From Lama guanicoe (taxonomy: Eukaryota), in assembly GCA_013239625.1 (NCBI GenBank), contig MU057069.1, positions 678,018 to 742,017 on the forward strand: DNA of 64,000 nt, read 5' to 3'. The notes beneath the pieces were generated by a model. It was not told the origin of the DNA. It was given only the letters and a program-made list of their open reading frames with translations, and did no database searches. The position numbers and the translations under genes were made by a program. Of the stretch, positions 11,101 through 26,100 are shown piece after piece (the stretch's first letter is position 1; every line of letters starts with the position of its first letter).

Positions 11101-14100
11101 CTCAGGTAGGAAGAATCAAGAATTCTCCTTCTGCAGTTGTGAGTTTACAGTAACTCCGGGACAGTCCATGTGGATAGATCAAGGAGGCAGCTGGACGTAC
11201 AAGTCTGTAGTTCTGAAGGGAGGCCAGAGCTTGAGTTCTGGATCTGGATTTAGAGGCATTTTGCAGGACTCTTTGAGATCATCTAGGGAATACACATGAT
11301 ATATGAAGTAGTTGCGTAGAAAGGCTAAGCTACCATAACAAAAAGACGTAAAGTATAATGGCTCAAATAAGATAGGCCTCTGTTTCTCTCTTGTGTAACA
11401 GTTCAGTTCCTGGGCATCAGGTGGCTTTGTCTCACCACATTCAGGGATCATTTTTCTCCTATCTTGTTATTCCTCTGTCTCTTAGGGCGTAGTCTTTTTT
11501 ATCAAAGCCAGATCATAGCTACCTCTGTCAGTTTTCTGACCAGTGACAGGGGAAAGAGTATGGAGGAAAGAGAAGCTTTGGCCAGGAAGTGGCCCTTACC
11601 ACTTGTGCTCACTTTCTCTTGGTGAGAACCTTGTCCGACGGTCCTGGCCAACCCTGGGGCTTCTGGGAAATGCAGAGAAGCTCGCCAGCTTGTGCCAGGC
11701 TGCAGCCCTCTTGCTAGGAAGGGGAGACTGAGTTCAGTGGCCAGGTAGCATTTCCTGCCATTCTGTGGACTAGGGGAGAGCTCTGGGATTAATCGAGCTT
11801 TTCGAAGTTAAGTTGAAGAACTTGAGCCATTGGCAAAGGAGAATCGAAAAGAAAACGCCAGTGATATAGGAGTGCAATGTCATGGTAGCTAAGAGAAGAT
11901 AGTATTTCAAAAAGGAGGGACTATTGTATTGAATGTCACTTGGAAGGTCAAGATAAATAGAAATAGCCACTCAGTTTGATAACGCAGAAGTAATTCCTGA
12001 CTTTTGTAAGAGTGATGTCAGTGGAGCAGGTTGAGGGGAGAAAGGGGAGTGAGGAAAATACAAAGAATAACTGAAAACATAATTTTGCAGAAACTTTGCA
12101 GTGGAAAGGGAGAAGAGGGGCAGTAGCTGGAGGGGCTTTTGGGGTAGGCAATTTTTGTTTAAGCTGAAAGAGCTAGAGAATGCTTGTTTGCTAATAGGAA
12201 GGCTCCGGTAGAGCGGGAGAAAATGATACAGAGGAGAGTTGTTACTTGCGGGAGTGAAGTTCTTAAAAAGACCTTAGGAGTTGGGATTGAAGCTTGTCCG
12301 TGTCAAAATTTGGATAGGATACACTGCTGCTGGAACCAACAATTGGTACAACCACTTGTATATACAAGTTTAAAAACCTTCAAACAATGCCTTATATTAT
12401 TTATGGATACAAACATATTATGGAGTGAAAATGTGGATGGAAACCATAAATATCAATTTATGAGATTGCTTTTCTAGAGAATGAGAAGCTTCTCGTTCCT
12501 GCCTTCTCTAGGGAGGGGAGAATGAGATCAGGGAGGGACTTCAGTTGTACCTGCAATGTTTTATTTCTTTTAAAAATTCTTCTGAAGCAAATAATGGCAT
12601 GATGTTAAAATTTGCTAAACCCGAGTGTTCCTTATATTAAAGTGCAGTCTTGCCTTTATGTTTTAAATGTTTCATAATAAAAAGAAATACACAAAAAGGA
12701 GAAGTCAGTAGTATAAAATAATGTGGCAGAAATAAACCTGAATAGATGAGTGATCACAATAAATGTAAATAGACTAAAATCTGTATGGCTGAAAATCTAG
12801 CAGGAGTCCATATAAGTGGGCTAAAAGATAAAGATTCAGGTTGGATAATAAACCAAAATCCAGCCATAAGCTATTTACCAGAGGTACAACCAAAACATAA
12901 GGACACAGAGAAATTGAAAATAAATGGAAAAGATATACCAGGCAAATATTGACCAGAAGAAAGCTTGTTTGGTAGGTGAAGTATTTGAAAGCATAAAATG
13001 TTATTAGGGGCTCAAAAGGTCTGTACATTACAATAAAATGAGCAGGGTACTAGGAAGATAAAATTCTGAGCTGGTTTGTACTGAAAATTAGTCTCCAAAT
13101 ACATAAAACAAAATATACAGAATTACCAGGAGAAGTCAACAAATTCATAGTTGTAGTTAGAGCTTTAAGAATGTTCATTTTTAGAAATAAAAAGCAGCGA
13201 TCACCATATACAGAAATGGACTGACCCAGGCAATAAAAAGATGGCAACCTTCACGTTAGATTCTTGTTCTGTCTGTTTAGATGTTAAAAAGATCTCGGGA
13301 AGGTTCAAAGTAAAAGGATAGAAAACTGTATCAGGGATATATAAGCAAAAAGAAAGCTAACAGTCTTCACAATTACACACACATAAAAAAAGATGGAAGA
13401 GTTCAGTTTTGGGAGGGAAAGGGAATTTGGGAGGGAAGGAGCCATTATTCACAGATAATATGACTGTGTATAAAAGATTCGAGAAAATCTGCACATACAC
13501 CATAGAACAAGGATTTAAAACTCAGTTGTATCCCAGTATGCCAGTATAGACAAAAGACTGTGAAATCTTTATGGAGTTTACAAAACGTAATTGGACATAA
13601 AGGGAGACCCAGGTAAGTGGAGGTGTACTATGTTCGTGAATAGAAAGACTCCCTACCAGAAAGATGTGAACTTTCACCCATATTAGTCATTAAGCCAGTG
13701 CTATTTAAAAAGAACCTGCCATGGGGGTTTTAGGGTCAGGAAGTTGGTCCTATAGTTAATATGGAAGGTACTTTTGAAAAAGGAATGACCGGGGACTTGG
13801 CTCTGCCAGAGGCTTATTATGTAGTTAAGTAATTGCAACAGTAGGCCCAGAGACAGACCTCGATCTGTATGGGAACTTGGCATGTAGAGTTCTTATTCAG
13901 TTGGGAAGAGTTGGAATAATTGGTAAGTGATGTTTGTTATCCGTTTGGCAAAAAAAAAAAAAAAAAAAAANNNNNNNNNNNNNNNNNNNNNNNNNNNNNN
14001 NNNNCAAAAAAAAAAAAAAAAAAAAGAAAAGGAAAAACAATTACGATTTCCTCCCTTCCCCCTGTTATGTATGTCAGGGGTAGGCAGACTTTCTGTAAAA

Positions 14101-17100
14101 GGCCAGATAGTGACTGTGTTAGGCTCTGCAGGCTCTGTGGCCTGTCTCGCTCTGTCCTTGTGGCCACAGACAGACCATATGTATACACTGCAAAAAACTG
14201 ACGGTGGGCTGGATCTGGCCCTTGGGCTGTAGTCCGCCAGCCCCTGATAATACAGAAATGAATTCCAGGTGGATAGGAGCCCAGAATTTGACACAAAAAA
14301 AGTAAAGTGGGTTAAAAATAGTCTTGTGTCAGATTCTGTAAGGTTCACACTTGGCTTAAGCTGCCATGCACCTTCCTTCTTGGATGTTAGTATATCTGCG
14401 TTAGAATTTCCAGTGTTTTATGTAATGAAGGAGGGATTGTATAATTTTTTAAGAGACAGTTGTTAAACCTTGAGTACTCGAAGTTTTCAAATGTTTGTAT
14501 TTGATGCTGTGGTGGAAATACCCAGTAAGTAAGAGCCTGTCTTTTTCTTCAGGACACATCCAGTAGTCAGTGGCACGTGGTCATGATATCATACAATGTC
14601 CTAAATTTCCTATGTCCTAGTCCCTCTTCTAAGCCCTTTACAAGTATTTATTTTTTCACCTGTAGCGCTCTGAGGAAGTCTCCACTGTGACCGGTGGAGA
14701 GCCCAACTGGGAAACGGCATGTTCAGTTTTGGGATGTGGGGTGGGAGGTGCTTTTGAGATATCCACTTACATGTGTTATCCACACAGTAACTCTAGAGGC
14801 GGAGTTTTTAACCAAAGGTAAAAGAGTGACTTTCTAGAGTCTAGCTGACCGCGGTTGAAATCCTCCCTGTTGAAATGATTCTTTCCTAGCTTGTAACAGT
14901 GACCTAGTTTCATAAATCAAGGAAACTGAGACTCAGGAAATTAAGGTAACTTATCCAGGCTCACGGGGCTATGGAATGGCAGAGCCAGAATTTGAACCCA
15001 GATATTCCGACACTGTCTCTCCTTAGGCACTCAGTGACCAAATGCTGTTCACAGGTCACTTCCTGAGGGAAGCTTCCCTGACGGTTGCTCTGCCCCCCTC
15101 CCCGAGGCAGTTAGTCCATTGTTGTGGAACTTTGAACACTCCTCTGTTAGAATGAAGCTTGTCTGACCTTTACAGTGTGTGGAATGGAACTTTCTGACTG
15201 TGGAAGTTGATCATAATGCTCTCTTACCTTCCAGTGAAAGGCAAGGAACAAGACAAGACCTCCGATGTCAAGTCAGTTAAAGGTGAGTCAGCGCTTGGCA
15301 GGGATGGGCTCTTTAATCCTGCTATTCTGCCTTCTTTAATAATCACCTGTGATTGTGACTTATTTCCCTGTTAGTTTATATGCTCTTCAGCACCAGCATA
15401 TTGTAACCTCTCACCAACACGCACTTGTTGGCTGCCCCAGTGATTGCAGTGAACCAGTGTCCTCCTTGTGAGTCACACATCTGATTGTTCCCTAAAAGTG
15501 GTTGGTTGACTTTATTTTAAAAAACAAAAAGCAAGCAATACTCTTTACTGAGCAGCCTGACAACTGACCTGAGAAGCCTAGTTTTCCGTGGTCTGTCTGG
15601 AAGCGTGAGGCTTACAGTTCCACTACCTTATTACTTTGGATGCGTGGCCTTCACGTTTACTCGGAACACATCCTTATCTATGGGGAGGAGCGTGCCTTTT
15701 CACGTTGGAATCCCTGCTGTAGCTTTGAGAGGTTTCATTATGTCAGTGCACAAAACTGGAGTGGGAAAATTACAATGAAAATTATTCCTATATCCATTAT
15801 ATATAAACTTCATAAATGTAATTTGTTTACATGAAATCTATAGATTGCTGCTTACATTTTTTTAAGTGTTTATATGTTGTGTAGCTAGCGTTGAATATTA
15901 ACCCCATACGCTCAGTTTGCCTGAGAGACACTAATTATAACTTAGGAGACTTGTGAGATTAGAGAAGTGGGGTGGTTTACAGCCTTATTTCCTGCTTATT
16001 TCTGATCATTTAAAACCGGTTGGGTTCCATGTCATTCATACTGCCTTCTTTAAGCAGAGTTTGATTGGCATTGGTAAAGGCTCAAAGCCCTCGGTGAGCA
16101 GAGGCTTGTGGAGACTAGGCTAGTGGAAGGAAGGCATGCTGATGCCTGGGGCACACCAGCCTTCTGCTCTAAGCTCTGCCTCTGACGGTGGGACCTTAGG
16201 GAGCCGTGGGACTTCCCTCCTTTGTAAGACGGGGGGGTTTGGCCTGCCTAACCTCTGAGTGTGTACCAGGCTAAAATAGTCCCTGCTTGTTCTGTTTGTG
16301 ACAGTCCTCAGTCTGTGCTTAGCATTCACTGACTTCAGAATAAGACAGAAGCAGCAGAGGACGCAGGCCCTCAAGAAGTTTGCAGTCTGATTAGAAGGAC
16401 GAGCTTAGAGCAGCAGCAGGTGAACCGAAAGAGTGACAGCTTTGGTTTATTGAGCACCTCTTCTGTTCCAGGCGTTAGCCAGAACTGTGGCTGTAGCTAA
16501 GAAAAGACTTAGATCCAGGCCCCGCCCTCCTCCACCTTACAGTTTGATGGGGGAGCAGCATTAATCCAGTGATTCCACAGATGGCTTGGGTGAGGCCAGC
16601 AGTGATGGAGATAAAGAGACCTGGGCAGATGATTGAGGAGACAAAATGGGCAGAGCTTTGTTCTTGATTAAATGTAAGGTATGGGGGGAGAAGGTTAAGG
16701 TTAATACCCACCTTTCTGCTTACCTAACGCTGTGACTGGTGCAGAGCCCAGCTGGGAAATTACATGTTCAGTTTTGGGATGTGAGGTGGGAAGTGCTTTT
16801 GAGACTGATATACACGTGTTACCTTGTCCCCACGATAACTCTAGAGTTGGAGTTTTTAACCAAAGATAAGAGAGTGACTTTCTAGAGTCTAGCAGACCAA
16901 GGTTGAAATCCTGCCTCTTGAAGTGACTCCTGCGTCTTTGACTTATGGCTACGACTAAGTACTTACCTTTTTCTGTTTGTGTACTCATCTCCAAAATGAG
17001 GAAAACACTGGTCTTGCAAGATTGTTGTGAGAGATAAGTGAAATAAAAAAAACCAGTACAGTACCTGGTACATAGTAGATGGTACATTGGGGGCTATTAC

Positions 17101-20100
17101 TGTCTCGTTTCAACAGAGGCGTTTATAGTATCACAAGGAGTTTGGGGGAGTTTGAGCTCAGCAAATGGTGTCTGAAGACTTCGTAGAAGTGAGACTTGAC
17201 CGGTGGGAACACTAGGAAGGGTTTGAACGGAAGAGTTGATTCTTTCTCTTTTTCCCCTACCAGCCCAGCTTCTTATTTCTTGAGTATGTACTGGGCAGAG
17301 GGACCTTCAGACTAGTTAAGGGAAATTTTTACAGATAGATTAAGATCAGAATGTAGAGGGTCTTAAGGACCAGAAAAGAGAGTTGAGAGAAAACGGGGAG
17401 TCACTCTGGGCTTTTGAACAGGATGTTGGTGCTTTACATATGGCCTTTGTGAAAGGCGAGTTACATAGGGTGGAGGCCTAGAAGTGCTTCTTCTGTAACA
17501 CAGAAAAATCTGTACTAAGGGTGTGGTGTTGAGAATAAACAGGTGAGTATCTTGAAGAAAAAGTCAACAGATTTTGAGCTTTGGGGACCAGTGGGCTGAG
17601 CAGAGAGAGGGAAGTTAAAGATGGAGACTCGGTCTGGAAGAGAATGTGGGAAGTCTGACATTTGGACAAACTGGTCTTGAGATCGTAAAGTCTAAGTGAG
17701 GATGACTAGTAGCAAATAAAAGAGACAGGAGACTGAATCCCAGCTCAGAGGTCAGCCTGAGATGCAGGTCGGGGTTCGCACCTGGCCTCCAGTCCACAGA
17801 GCTGTGCCATCGGGGCTGTCGCTGAGAGGCCCATGGCCAGGGTGTGCATGAGGCTTTCCCCTGCAATCAGCCGGAGTTAGTATTAACTCTGTTTTGTCTA
17901 TTCTAGATAACCATTTAGATTTTAGATATCTATTTTACCTGGACTTCTGTCTGATTTACAGACATATTAGGGTCCCACTTAAGTTTATTTGAGTGGGGGG
18001 AGCCTACAGCTAAAAAAAAGTTTGAAGAAGATTGCTCTAGTAATAACTGAAGGCTTGAGAATAAATGTGCTTTGTAGCAGAAAGAATAAAAGAACAGAGA
18101 ACCTGCAGAAGAAGAGGGCTCATGGAAGGAGGCCATACCTGACACATTTAATAAATGGATTCTGAAAGGCTGAGAGGGGGAGCAGAGGGCGAGGAAGAGG
18201 TACGTGGAGGGTAGGGCCACGGAGACCTGGGAAGGTGGGATGTCAGGAAGGAGCATGTGAAGTAAATCATTCTAACAGAGAAGGTAAGGAGGAGGAAGGA
18301 AGCCTGCACAAAGGAATTCACGGTATTTCACACCATCATCCACATCTAATTAGGAGGCACTTAGGGAACCTCACTGTTCTTATAGAATGTTATTTGTAGT
18401 TTCTTGTCTCTGCCAAAAAAAACCCTAGATATTATTGTTTATAAACCAATTATAAAAAACCAAAATGATTTTGCTGCATTCAGTATATCATAAAAATGAA
18501 AACCAAAGAAAACTTCCTTATGTAATTGAAAAAAATCATTTAAAGACAGCTTTATTGCATGATAGACTAATAAATGCCTGGAAAACAGGTATGGATGTGT
18601 GTACCTGCTCCATCCTGTAGACACATCTCAGAGGAATAGATTGAATTACACCACCATGTATTCTCCATAGGAAATATTGCGTGGGATTACTCAGACTCTG
18701 TGTCCAGGAACTGTTTGCTCAGGTTGAGAGCACTTCAGCTTACCTGTTAACTGCTCAGTAAAACAAGTGGCGCCAGGCACAAGTTCAGTTATCTCAGAGT
18801 ATTTATGCTGAGGGTGTGGAATGCTAAGTGACCTGTATCCTTTCTAGCCTTCTTGCTATAGCAACGCGCTAATCTGAAATTTCTTAAAAAACCTTTAAGA
18901 AGAGTCTCTGATATTTCTGTGGGATAAATTGAATAGGTGGAATTTTAATTCAGCTGTAGCAACAAGTTCATAGGGTTCTTTGACCATGTTGTAGTATGGA
19001 GTTGATTATTTCCTATTAATTCATTGAACTCTGATCATAAATGTTTTACTAGATGGTGAGATTTTGTTACTCAATTAAAAAGTAAAATAAGTTATTCTGA
19101 AGCATATTTTTCTAATTTTTCCCCCTAAGCTTTTATTTTGCGATTTTAGTTTTGTTCCTTCGGCAAGAAGGATTAAGGAATTGAGAAAGGTCCGTGTTTC
19201 AGAATGCTGGCTTTGGTACTTTCTATCCTCAAAAGTTCTCAAAGAGAACGTTCTCAAAGAAAGATCTCTCTTAAGTTTCATTTTTGGCACAGTATTTTGA
19301 GGTTTATAAATAATAGTAGGGTGTTTTCCAATTTTCTGCTGCTTGGTTAATTTATCTTTTCCCTAAGTATTTTTTGTTGAGTGTATGTACTTAAGTGTTA
19401 CAAAATTGAATTTTTAAAGTTCCCTTAGGAGACAGTTTTAGGCTATCATTTGTGTTTAATTTTTAATAATTTTTTGAAAAATTATAGCTTCAATCTCCGT
19501 ACATTCCCCACAAAAAAGCACTAAAAATCATGCCTTGCTGGAGGCTGCAGGACCAAGTCACGTTGCAATCAATGCCATTTCCGCCAACATGGACTCCTTT
19601 TCAAGTAGCAGGACCGCGACACTTAAGAAACAGCCAAGCCACATGGAGGCCGCTCATTTTGGGGACCTGGGTAAGTGACTCTGTGCTTGTTAACTTCCAG
19701 TAGGAGGAGGGATTTGAGTATGGTGTGTGAAACTCCTGCCGGAGGGACTGGGCTTTGAAAAAACATGTTTAAACTGAAATAACAGCTCTGAGTGTAACGG
19801 ATGGTATCATGTTGTGTAAATTTAAATAACATGCCCAACAGAAAAATGGGCCATTTCCAGAAGAAGAAATATATCTGGCTACTAAATATATGAAAAAAAT
19901 GCTTCATTTCACTAGTACTCAGTGAAATGCAAATTAAAATGATGAGTTAACGTTCCCCCTGATACATCAGCAGATACTTAGTTTGATAATTGAATGTTAA
20001 TGTGGATGCAGAGAATGAGCCACTCCTGTTTAGTGGAGGTGTTAATTTGGTAACAGTTTTTTGGAAGACAGTTTGCAAGTATGTATCAAAAATAAAATAT

Positions 20101-23100
20101 AAGATCTAGCCCTCAGATATGCTCCCATATGTGCACAAAAACGCATGTACACGCAGAAGGCTGTCGATTGCAGTATTGTGTATGATGGCAAAAACTTGGG
20201 AGCAACGTATGAATATCCATCAACAAGGAAGTAAAGTTGTGATGCAGCCGTTCTCTGCGGCGCTGTGTAGCCATTTAGAAGTCTGAAGAGGACGTCGAGG
20301 TACGCTCAAGGGAGGAGAGCTGGTCACCTCGTGCTGTACACAGCAGGGTCTCTGTCATGTTAAAATAATTCCTCCCTCTCCCTGCAAAAAAAAAAAAAGG
20401 GGTACACAGAGGTCCTTGTTTTCTGAACATTTGTTGCCCACATTTCTGCACGTATAGAAATTGTGTGTCACTTTATCGCAAATTGAAAAAAATCCATGAA
20501 TGGATTAAATTCTAATACAATTAGTTCCTCTTTCGATACCTCTCTCTGCCTGCTTAACATTTTGTATGTATTCAAAGCCAAGGTGTCAAAGTCTTGGTGG
20601 GTCACGCTCGGCCGTATGCTGCAAATGACATCCGTGTTGGTCACAAAGTAAAATTGTAAGTTTTACTGGATTACTCATCTGTCTGGTGGGAATGTAAAAA
20701 TGGCACAGCCACCCTAGAAAACAGTTTGGCAGGTTCTTATAAAGCTAAACATGCAATTACCATGTGACCCAGCAGTTGCAGTTTTAGGCATTTATCCCAG
20801 AAAATGGAAAGTTATGTTCACAAAAAAACCAATGTTCATAGCAGCGTGAAAGCTAAAAATTGGATATCCTTCAGCAGGTGAGCAGTTAAACACTGGTACC
20901 TCCGTGTCACAGAGCACTGCTCAGCGAGGTGAGAAGAACAAACTGCTGATACACAGGACAACTTGGCTCAATCAAGGGGATGATGCCAACAGGTGTTAGT
21001 CCCTTCTTGAAATGACAAAATGATAGACATGGAGAACACATCAGTGTTTGCCAGAGGTTTGGGATGTGGGAGTTGGTTATGAAGGGCCACCCAAGGGACC
21101 CTTACGTTACTGGATCTGTTCTGTCTTCATGGTGTTTACACAAATCTGTGCATGTGATAAAGTTGCATAGAACTGTGCACACACACGCATGAGTACTACT
21201 AAAACTGGGGAGATCTGAATAAGATCGGTGGATTGTATCAGTGTCAGTATCTTGGTGTGATATTGAACTGTGGTTTGAAAGATGTTACCCTTGGGGGAAA
21301 CTGGATAAAGTGTGCATGTGAGCTCTCGGTATTACTCCTTACAGCTGTGTGTGAATCCACCATCATCTCAAAATTAAAAGTTTAATTTAAAAAAAAATTA
21401 AGTCTTGCAAAGATCAAGATTTCCTGCAGTTCATGAAAGAGATGTTGACATTGACAATAAGATAGCCAGCAAGGATGAGATCCACGAAGTGCTTCAGAAG
21501 AAACATCAAAAGGTTAAGAAAAGCCCTTTTGAAGAATTGATGAAGCCCCCAGTTGATTTTATGAAAATGAGCCTCTTTACATCATGCTGTGAACATTTAA
21601 AACTTTTTTATTTTTTTCTTTGTTCTAATAATCAGCTTGTGGTTATAACCTAAATTTAGTTAAGTATAAAATAAACTTTTATTATGTTTTATTAAGTTTA
21701 GTTTTTATTTTTCAAGATAAAATCCCAGAGCTAACTCTTTACTCTGTTATAAATAATGCTGAAGAGTTGATAACATCTTTCCAGCTGTATCCACACATCC
21801 ACAGTTCTTCCTCGGGGTGGGTTCCTGAAGTGGAGCCACTGGACTGAAAGTTGTGCGGATGGCCGAGGCCGTCCCGTCGTTACTGAATGCTCCTCCAGAA
21901 GGGTCTTGCCTGTTTACGGCTCCATTGTCAGTGGCTTGAGCCTGTTACCTGTTTTGCTGTGCTCTTGTTAGTGCTTCTTGTTTTTTTTTTTTTTAATCTT
22001 CCAATTTGACAGGAAAAATGCTCTTGTATTGATTTGCTTTTCTGGAATTTTTAGTGAGGTTGAAATTTTTTCCATATTTTATTGGCCTTTTTTCTTTGGA
22101 GCTAGTATCATGTAAGATGTTTTCCTTAAGAATTTACGTGGTCTGAGTTGCCATTAAAAGAATGATCAGGGTTAACTGAGTAACTTTTTAATAAGTTTTG
22201 GACCATTGTTATCTGTTACTGAACTGCTAATTCTTCTGCTTCTTTTAGGCAGATCTTGTCTGGACTACCAGACTCAAGAGACCAAATCAAGTCTTTCAAA
22301 GACCCTTGAACAAGTCCTGCGTGACACTGCTGTCCTCCCTTATTTCATTCAGTTCATGGAACTTCGGAGAATGGAGCATTTAGTTAAATTTTGGTTAGAA
22401 GCTGAGAGTTTTCACTCTACAACTTGGTCCCGAATAAGAGCACACAGTCTGAACACAGTTAAGCAGAGCTCATTGGCTGAGCCTGTCTCTCCGTCTAAAA
22501 AGCACGAAACAACAGCAGCTTTTGTCGCCGAGTCTCTTGACAAGCGATTGGAGGATTCTCGCTCAGCACCATTGCCTCTGACTCCATCGGAAGAGTCTGA
22601 CTTGAACTCCAGAACTAGCAACACTCAGAATCACTTGCTGCTCTCCCAGGAATGTCACAGTGCTCCTCCTCTCCACCTGGAAATGGCCAGAACCGGGGCT
22701 CGTCCAAGTTCCACAGACACCCAGGAGTCCTCCAGACTGACAGTAGCCAGTAGAAATAGTCCCTCCTCTCCACTAAAGGAACTGTCTGGAAAATTAATGA
22801 AAAGTAAGTAGGTGATTTTTGTGTCACTTTATCCTTTTTAAAAAAAAATTTTAGATCATTTCACAAAGTGGAACTTGAGATGGGGATTGTTGAGTTGGAA
22901 TAGTTTCCAACATTGTTAGTTAAAGACCACCCTTAGCCTGCTGGGTTGCCTTCCTCCCGTGACCGTAACTGCAGGGCATTTCTGGGCTCTCTGTTCTTCT
23001 GTTCCGTGATGTGTATGTTCCTTCACCAGTACCACACTGTCTTGATTATGGCAGCTTTGTGGTCAGTCTTACAATTGGATAATATGAGTCCTGCAAGTTT

Positions 23101-26100
23101 GCTCTTTTTCAGAATTGTTTTTTCTATTCTAGCTATTTTTTCCGTCAGTATAAATTTTAGAATAATCCTGTCTATATCTACCGGAAACCCTACTGGAATT
23201 TTTATTGGAATTGTATTCAACCTATAGGTCAGTTTGAGGAGAATTTACTTCTTACCCGTATCAAGTCTTCAAATCCACAGATATGATGTGTCTTCATTTT
23301 CTTAGGTCTGGTTTCTTTCATCAGCATTGTACAGTTTTCAGCATATAGATCCTTCACATGTTTTATTTCCCCTTTTTTGGTGGCATTGTAAATAGTATTT
23401 ACATTTTTGTTTGTTTGTTTCTAGTTTTTCATTGCTGGTATATAGAAATATGATTGACTTTTATATGTTGATTTTCGACGACTGTGTTTCTCACTTGTTA
23501 CCTCTAGATGCTTTCTGTAGATCGCTTGAAATTCTTGTCTTGTTCCTGGTCTTGGAAAGCATTCAGTCTTTCACCATCAAGGATGGGGTTGGCTGTGGGT
23601 TTTTGCAAATGCCCTGTGTCAGGCTGATGAAGTTCCCTTATTGTTTACTGAGAGTTGTTGTCTGAATCATGAATGGTGTTGAATTTTGTCCAGTGTTTTC
23701 CCCGTGTCATTTGATATGACCATGTGGTTTTCCTTCTTTGTCTGTTAATATGATGGACTACATTGATTTTTTAAAAATATGTTGAATAAACGTGCATTCC
23801 CAGGGTAAGTACCATTTGGTTGTGAAGTATCAGCCTTTTCATACGTTGCTGGACTGGATCTCCTAGTATTTCTTGAGCATTTTTGTGTCTGTGTTTTCGT
23901 GGGTATCAGTCTGCCGTTGTCTTGCATTGCTTTTATCTGGTGTTGTATCAGCATATTTCTGGCCCCATAAAATGAGTTGTCATTTCATGGAAAACAGCTG
24001 ATAGCGTTTGCTGCCCAGTGGTAAAATTTTTCAAGTGAATCTTAGAATTTGGAAAACTTGTATTCATTACCGTGGGTCTTGACAGCTTTAAAGAGTGTTC
24101 CAATAAGATCATGGCGGTAATGGCGATGTGATTTCTTTTTTTACACTATATTATGCGATGTTTCAGCATCTGGAAGATCTTCATAAGTCAGTAAATCAGT
24201 ATTTTCTAAAATACTTGAAAGCATGTAGTGTTATAAAATCATTTGTGAGTAGAAGACTTTTCAACATAGGAGATAGACCAGTAGATTTTAGTGTAACAGA
24301 ATACAAGTTCATTAATGTGATTTCAGATTCTACATTCTAACCTTTAAGAAACTACCACTTTTCAAGTTTTGATATATCAAAGAAGAATATATCCACAGTT
24401 ATCTCAGAAAGCTGTTAAAAAAATACTCCTTTTCCCAATTACACATCTCTGAGGCCATATTTTCTTAATATCAATAAAACAAAACCACCTCTGTGTTCGC
24501 AGCACTCCTGACACCACATGTGTGGGTTTCCCACACCAAGCAATTCTCCAGTTCTCTGTGGATAGTGGTGGGGTATCCTACAGTGCATTTCATCCTGACA
24601 CTACCCAGAGTTACTGCAGACCCCCAGGTTAAGGGCTCAGTCCCACATGACGGCTACCCACATCAGATGCTTGTCACAGGTCCCAAGTTGTCACCTTGGT
24701 CCTGGCCAACCAGCTGTAAACCAGGGGTTCCCACTACCCCTTCCTCGTTTCAGCAATTTGCTATAATGGCTCAAAGAACTCAGGAGAACACTTTGTTTGC
24801 ATTTATTGGTTTATTGTAAAGGGTATTATAAAGGATAGAAAGGAACAGCCAGGTGGTAGGTCCGCAAGGCAAGGTCCAGAAGGGTCCCAAGTGCAGGAGC
24901 GTCTGTCTGTACAGGGTTGGGGTGCCTCACCCTCTTGGCACGTGGATACGGTCACCCGCCCAGAAGTGGGGCGGGGAGGGGTACGGCTTCGTCACGCGGC
25001 ACAACTGATGGAATCACTGCCATTGGTGATCAGCTGATGGCCCCCAGCCCCTCCAATCTCCCCGGAGGTTGGGCGTGGGGCCTTCTCACAACCAGGCCCC
25101 ACTCCACTGGTCACCTCATCACCATAAACCTCTCCAAGGGCGGAAAGGGTAACAAAGGATGCTCCTCTGGCCCTGCCACTGGAGACTCCGTGGGTTTTAG
25201 GAGCTCTGTGCCAGGAACCACGACAAAGACTGTGTGTGCACGTGCGTATGTGTGTGCACGTGCCTGTGCATGTGCATGCATTTCTTCTCACACCACCAGA
25301 GCCCCATGTATTTCAGCCAAAACTAAGTAGCACAATAGGTTGAAGGGCAAAGCAGATATGAGAATGTATTTGCTATCAAGACAAGTAGAGTTGCAGAATG
25401 TGAAACAGTGCCCTCTTCTCACTAACTTTGTCAGTTATTTTCTATAGAAATTGGTGTTTATTGTTAACTTCTAACAGATTTAATGTTGTTAATTTAACTG
25501 AATAATTTTTCTCATTTTAACTTTTAATACCTTTATAGATAAAATTCACATAAACAAAAGCTCTTATGGGCCTCAGTAATTTTGAAGATTGCAAAGTCCC
25601 AAGACTGAAAAGTTTGAAATCATTGTTGTAACCTTCCAGGAGTGTTGAAAGTCAAATGAATGTATTCATGAATGTGCAATTTGGTAAAAGTATTTTAAAT
25701 GTAGACTTATAAATAATTTTTGAGCCCCTGCTGTGTGAGCCCTTCAGGTAATGGCTGGAGAAGTGCTGTGGGACGAGGCTGCACACAAGTGAGTCCTGTT
25801 AAGGAGCGTGTTGGCTCAGATGGGGCGTGGGGGGCGGTTCACATGTCACGCGCCTCTGCTCTGCAGACCGGGTAGTGTGAAAGCAGCACTACGATAGAGC
25901 GTGTTTTGTCCAAAGTATGTTAACAAGTAGTATTTGTAATAAAAAGTGTGTACATCTCTGTGTGCGTGCGCATGGGCCTGGGTACACAGCAGAGCCCCGC
26001 TCTGCGTGAATGTGGTCCGGTGCCACCCAAGGTGCTGTGTGGTTTTTGAAGTTGTCCTCTTCTTGCCTTGCAGGTATAGAACAAGATGCAGTGAATACTT

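Noticed and set aside
13950-14030. Apparent double poly(A) tract
   Set aside because: It flanks an N-gap (13971-14004) and is probably one homopolymer represented twice by the assembly.
21405-21653. 82-aa charged ORF in intron 3
   Set aside because: No true ATG start, no convincing splice sites and no recognisable homology; possibly a decayed transposon remnant.
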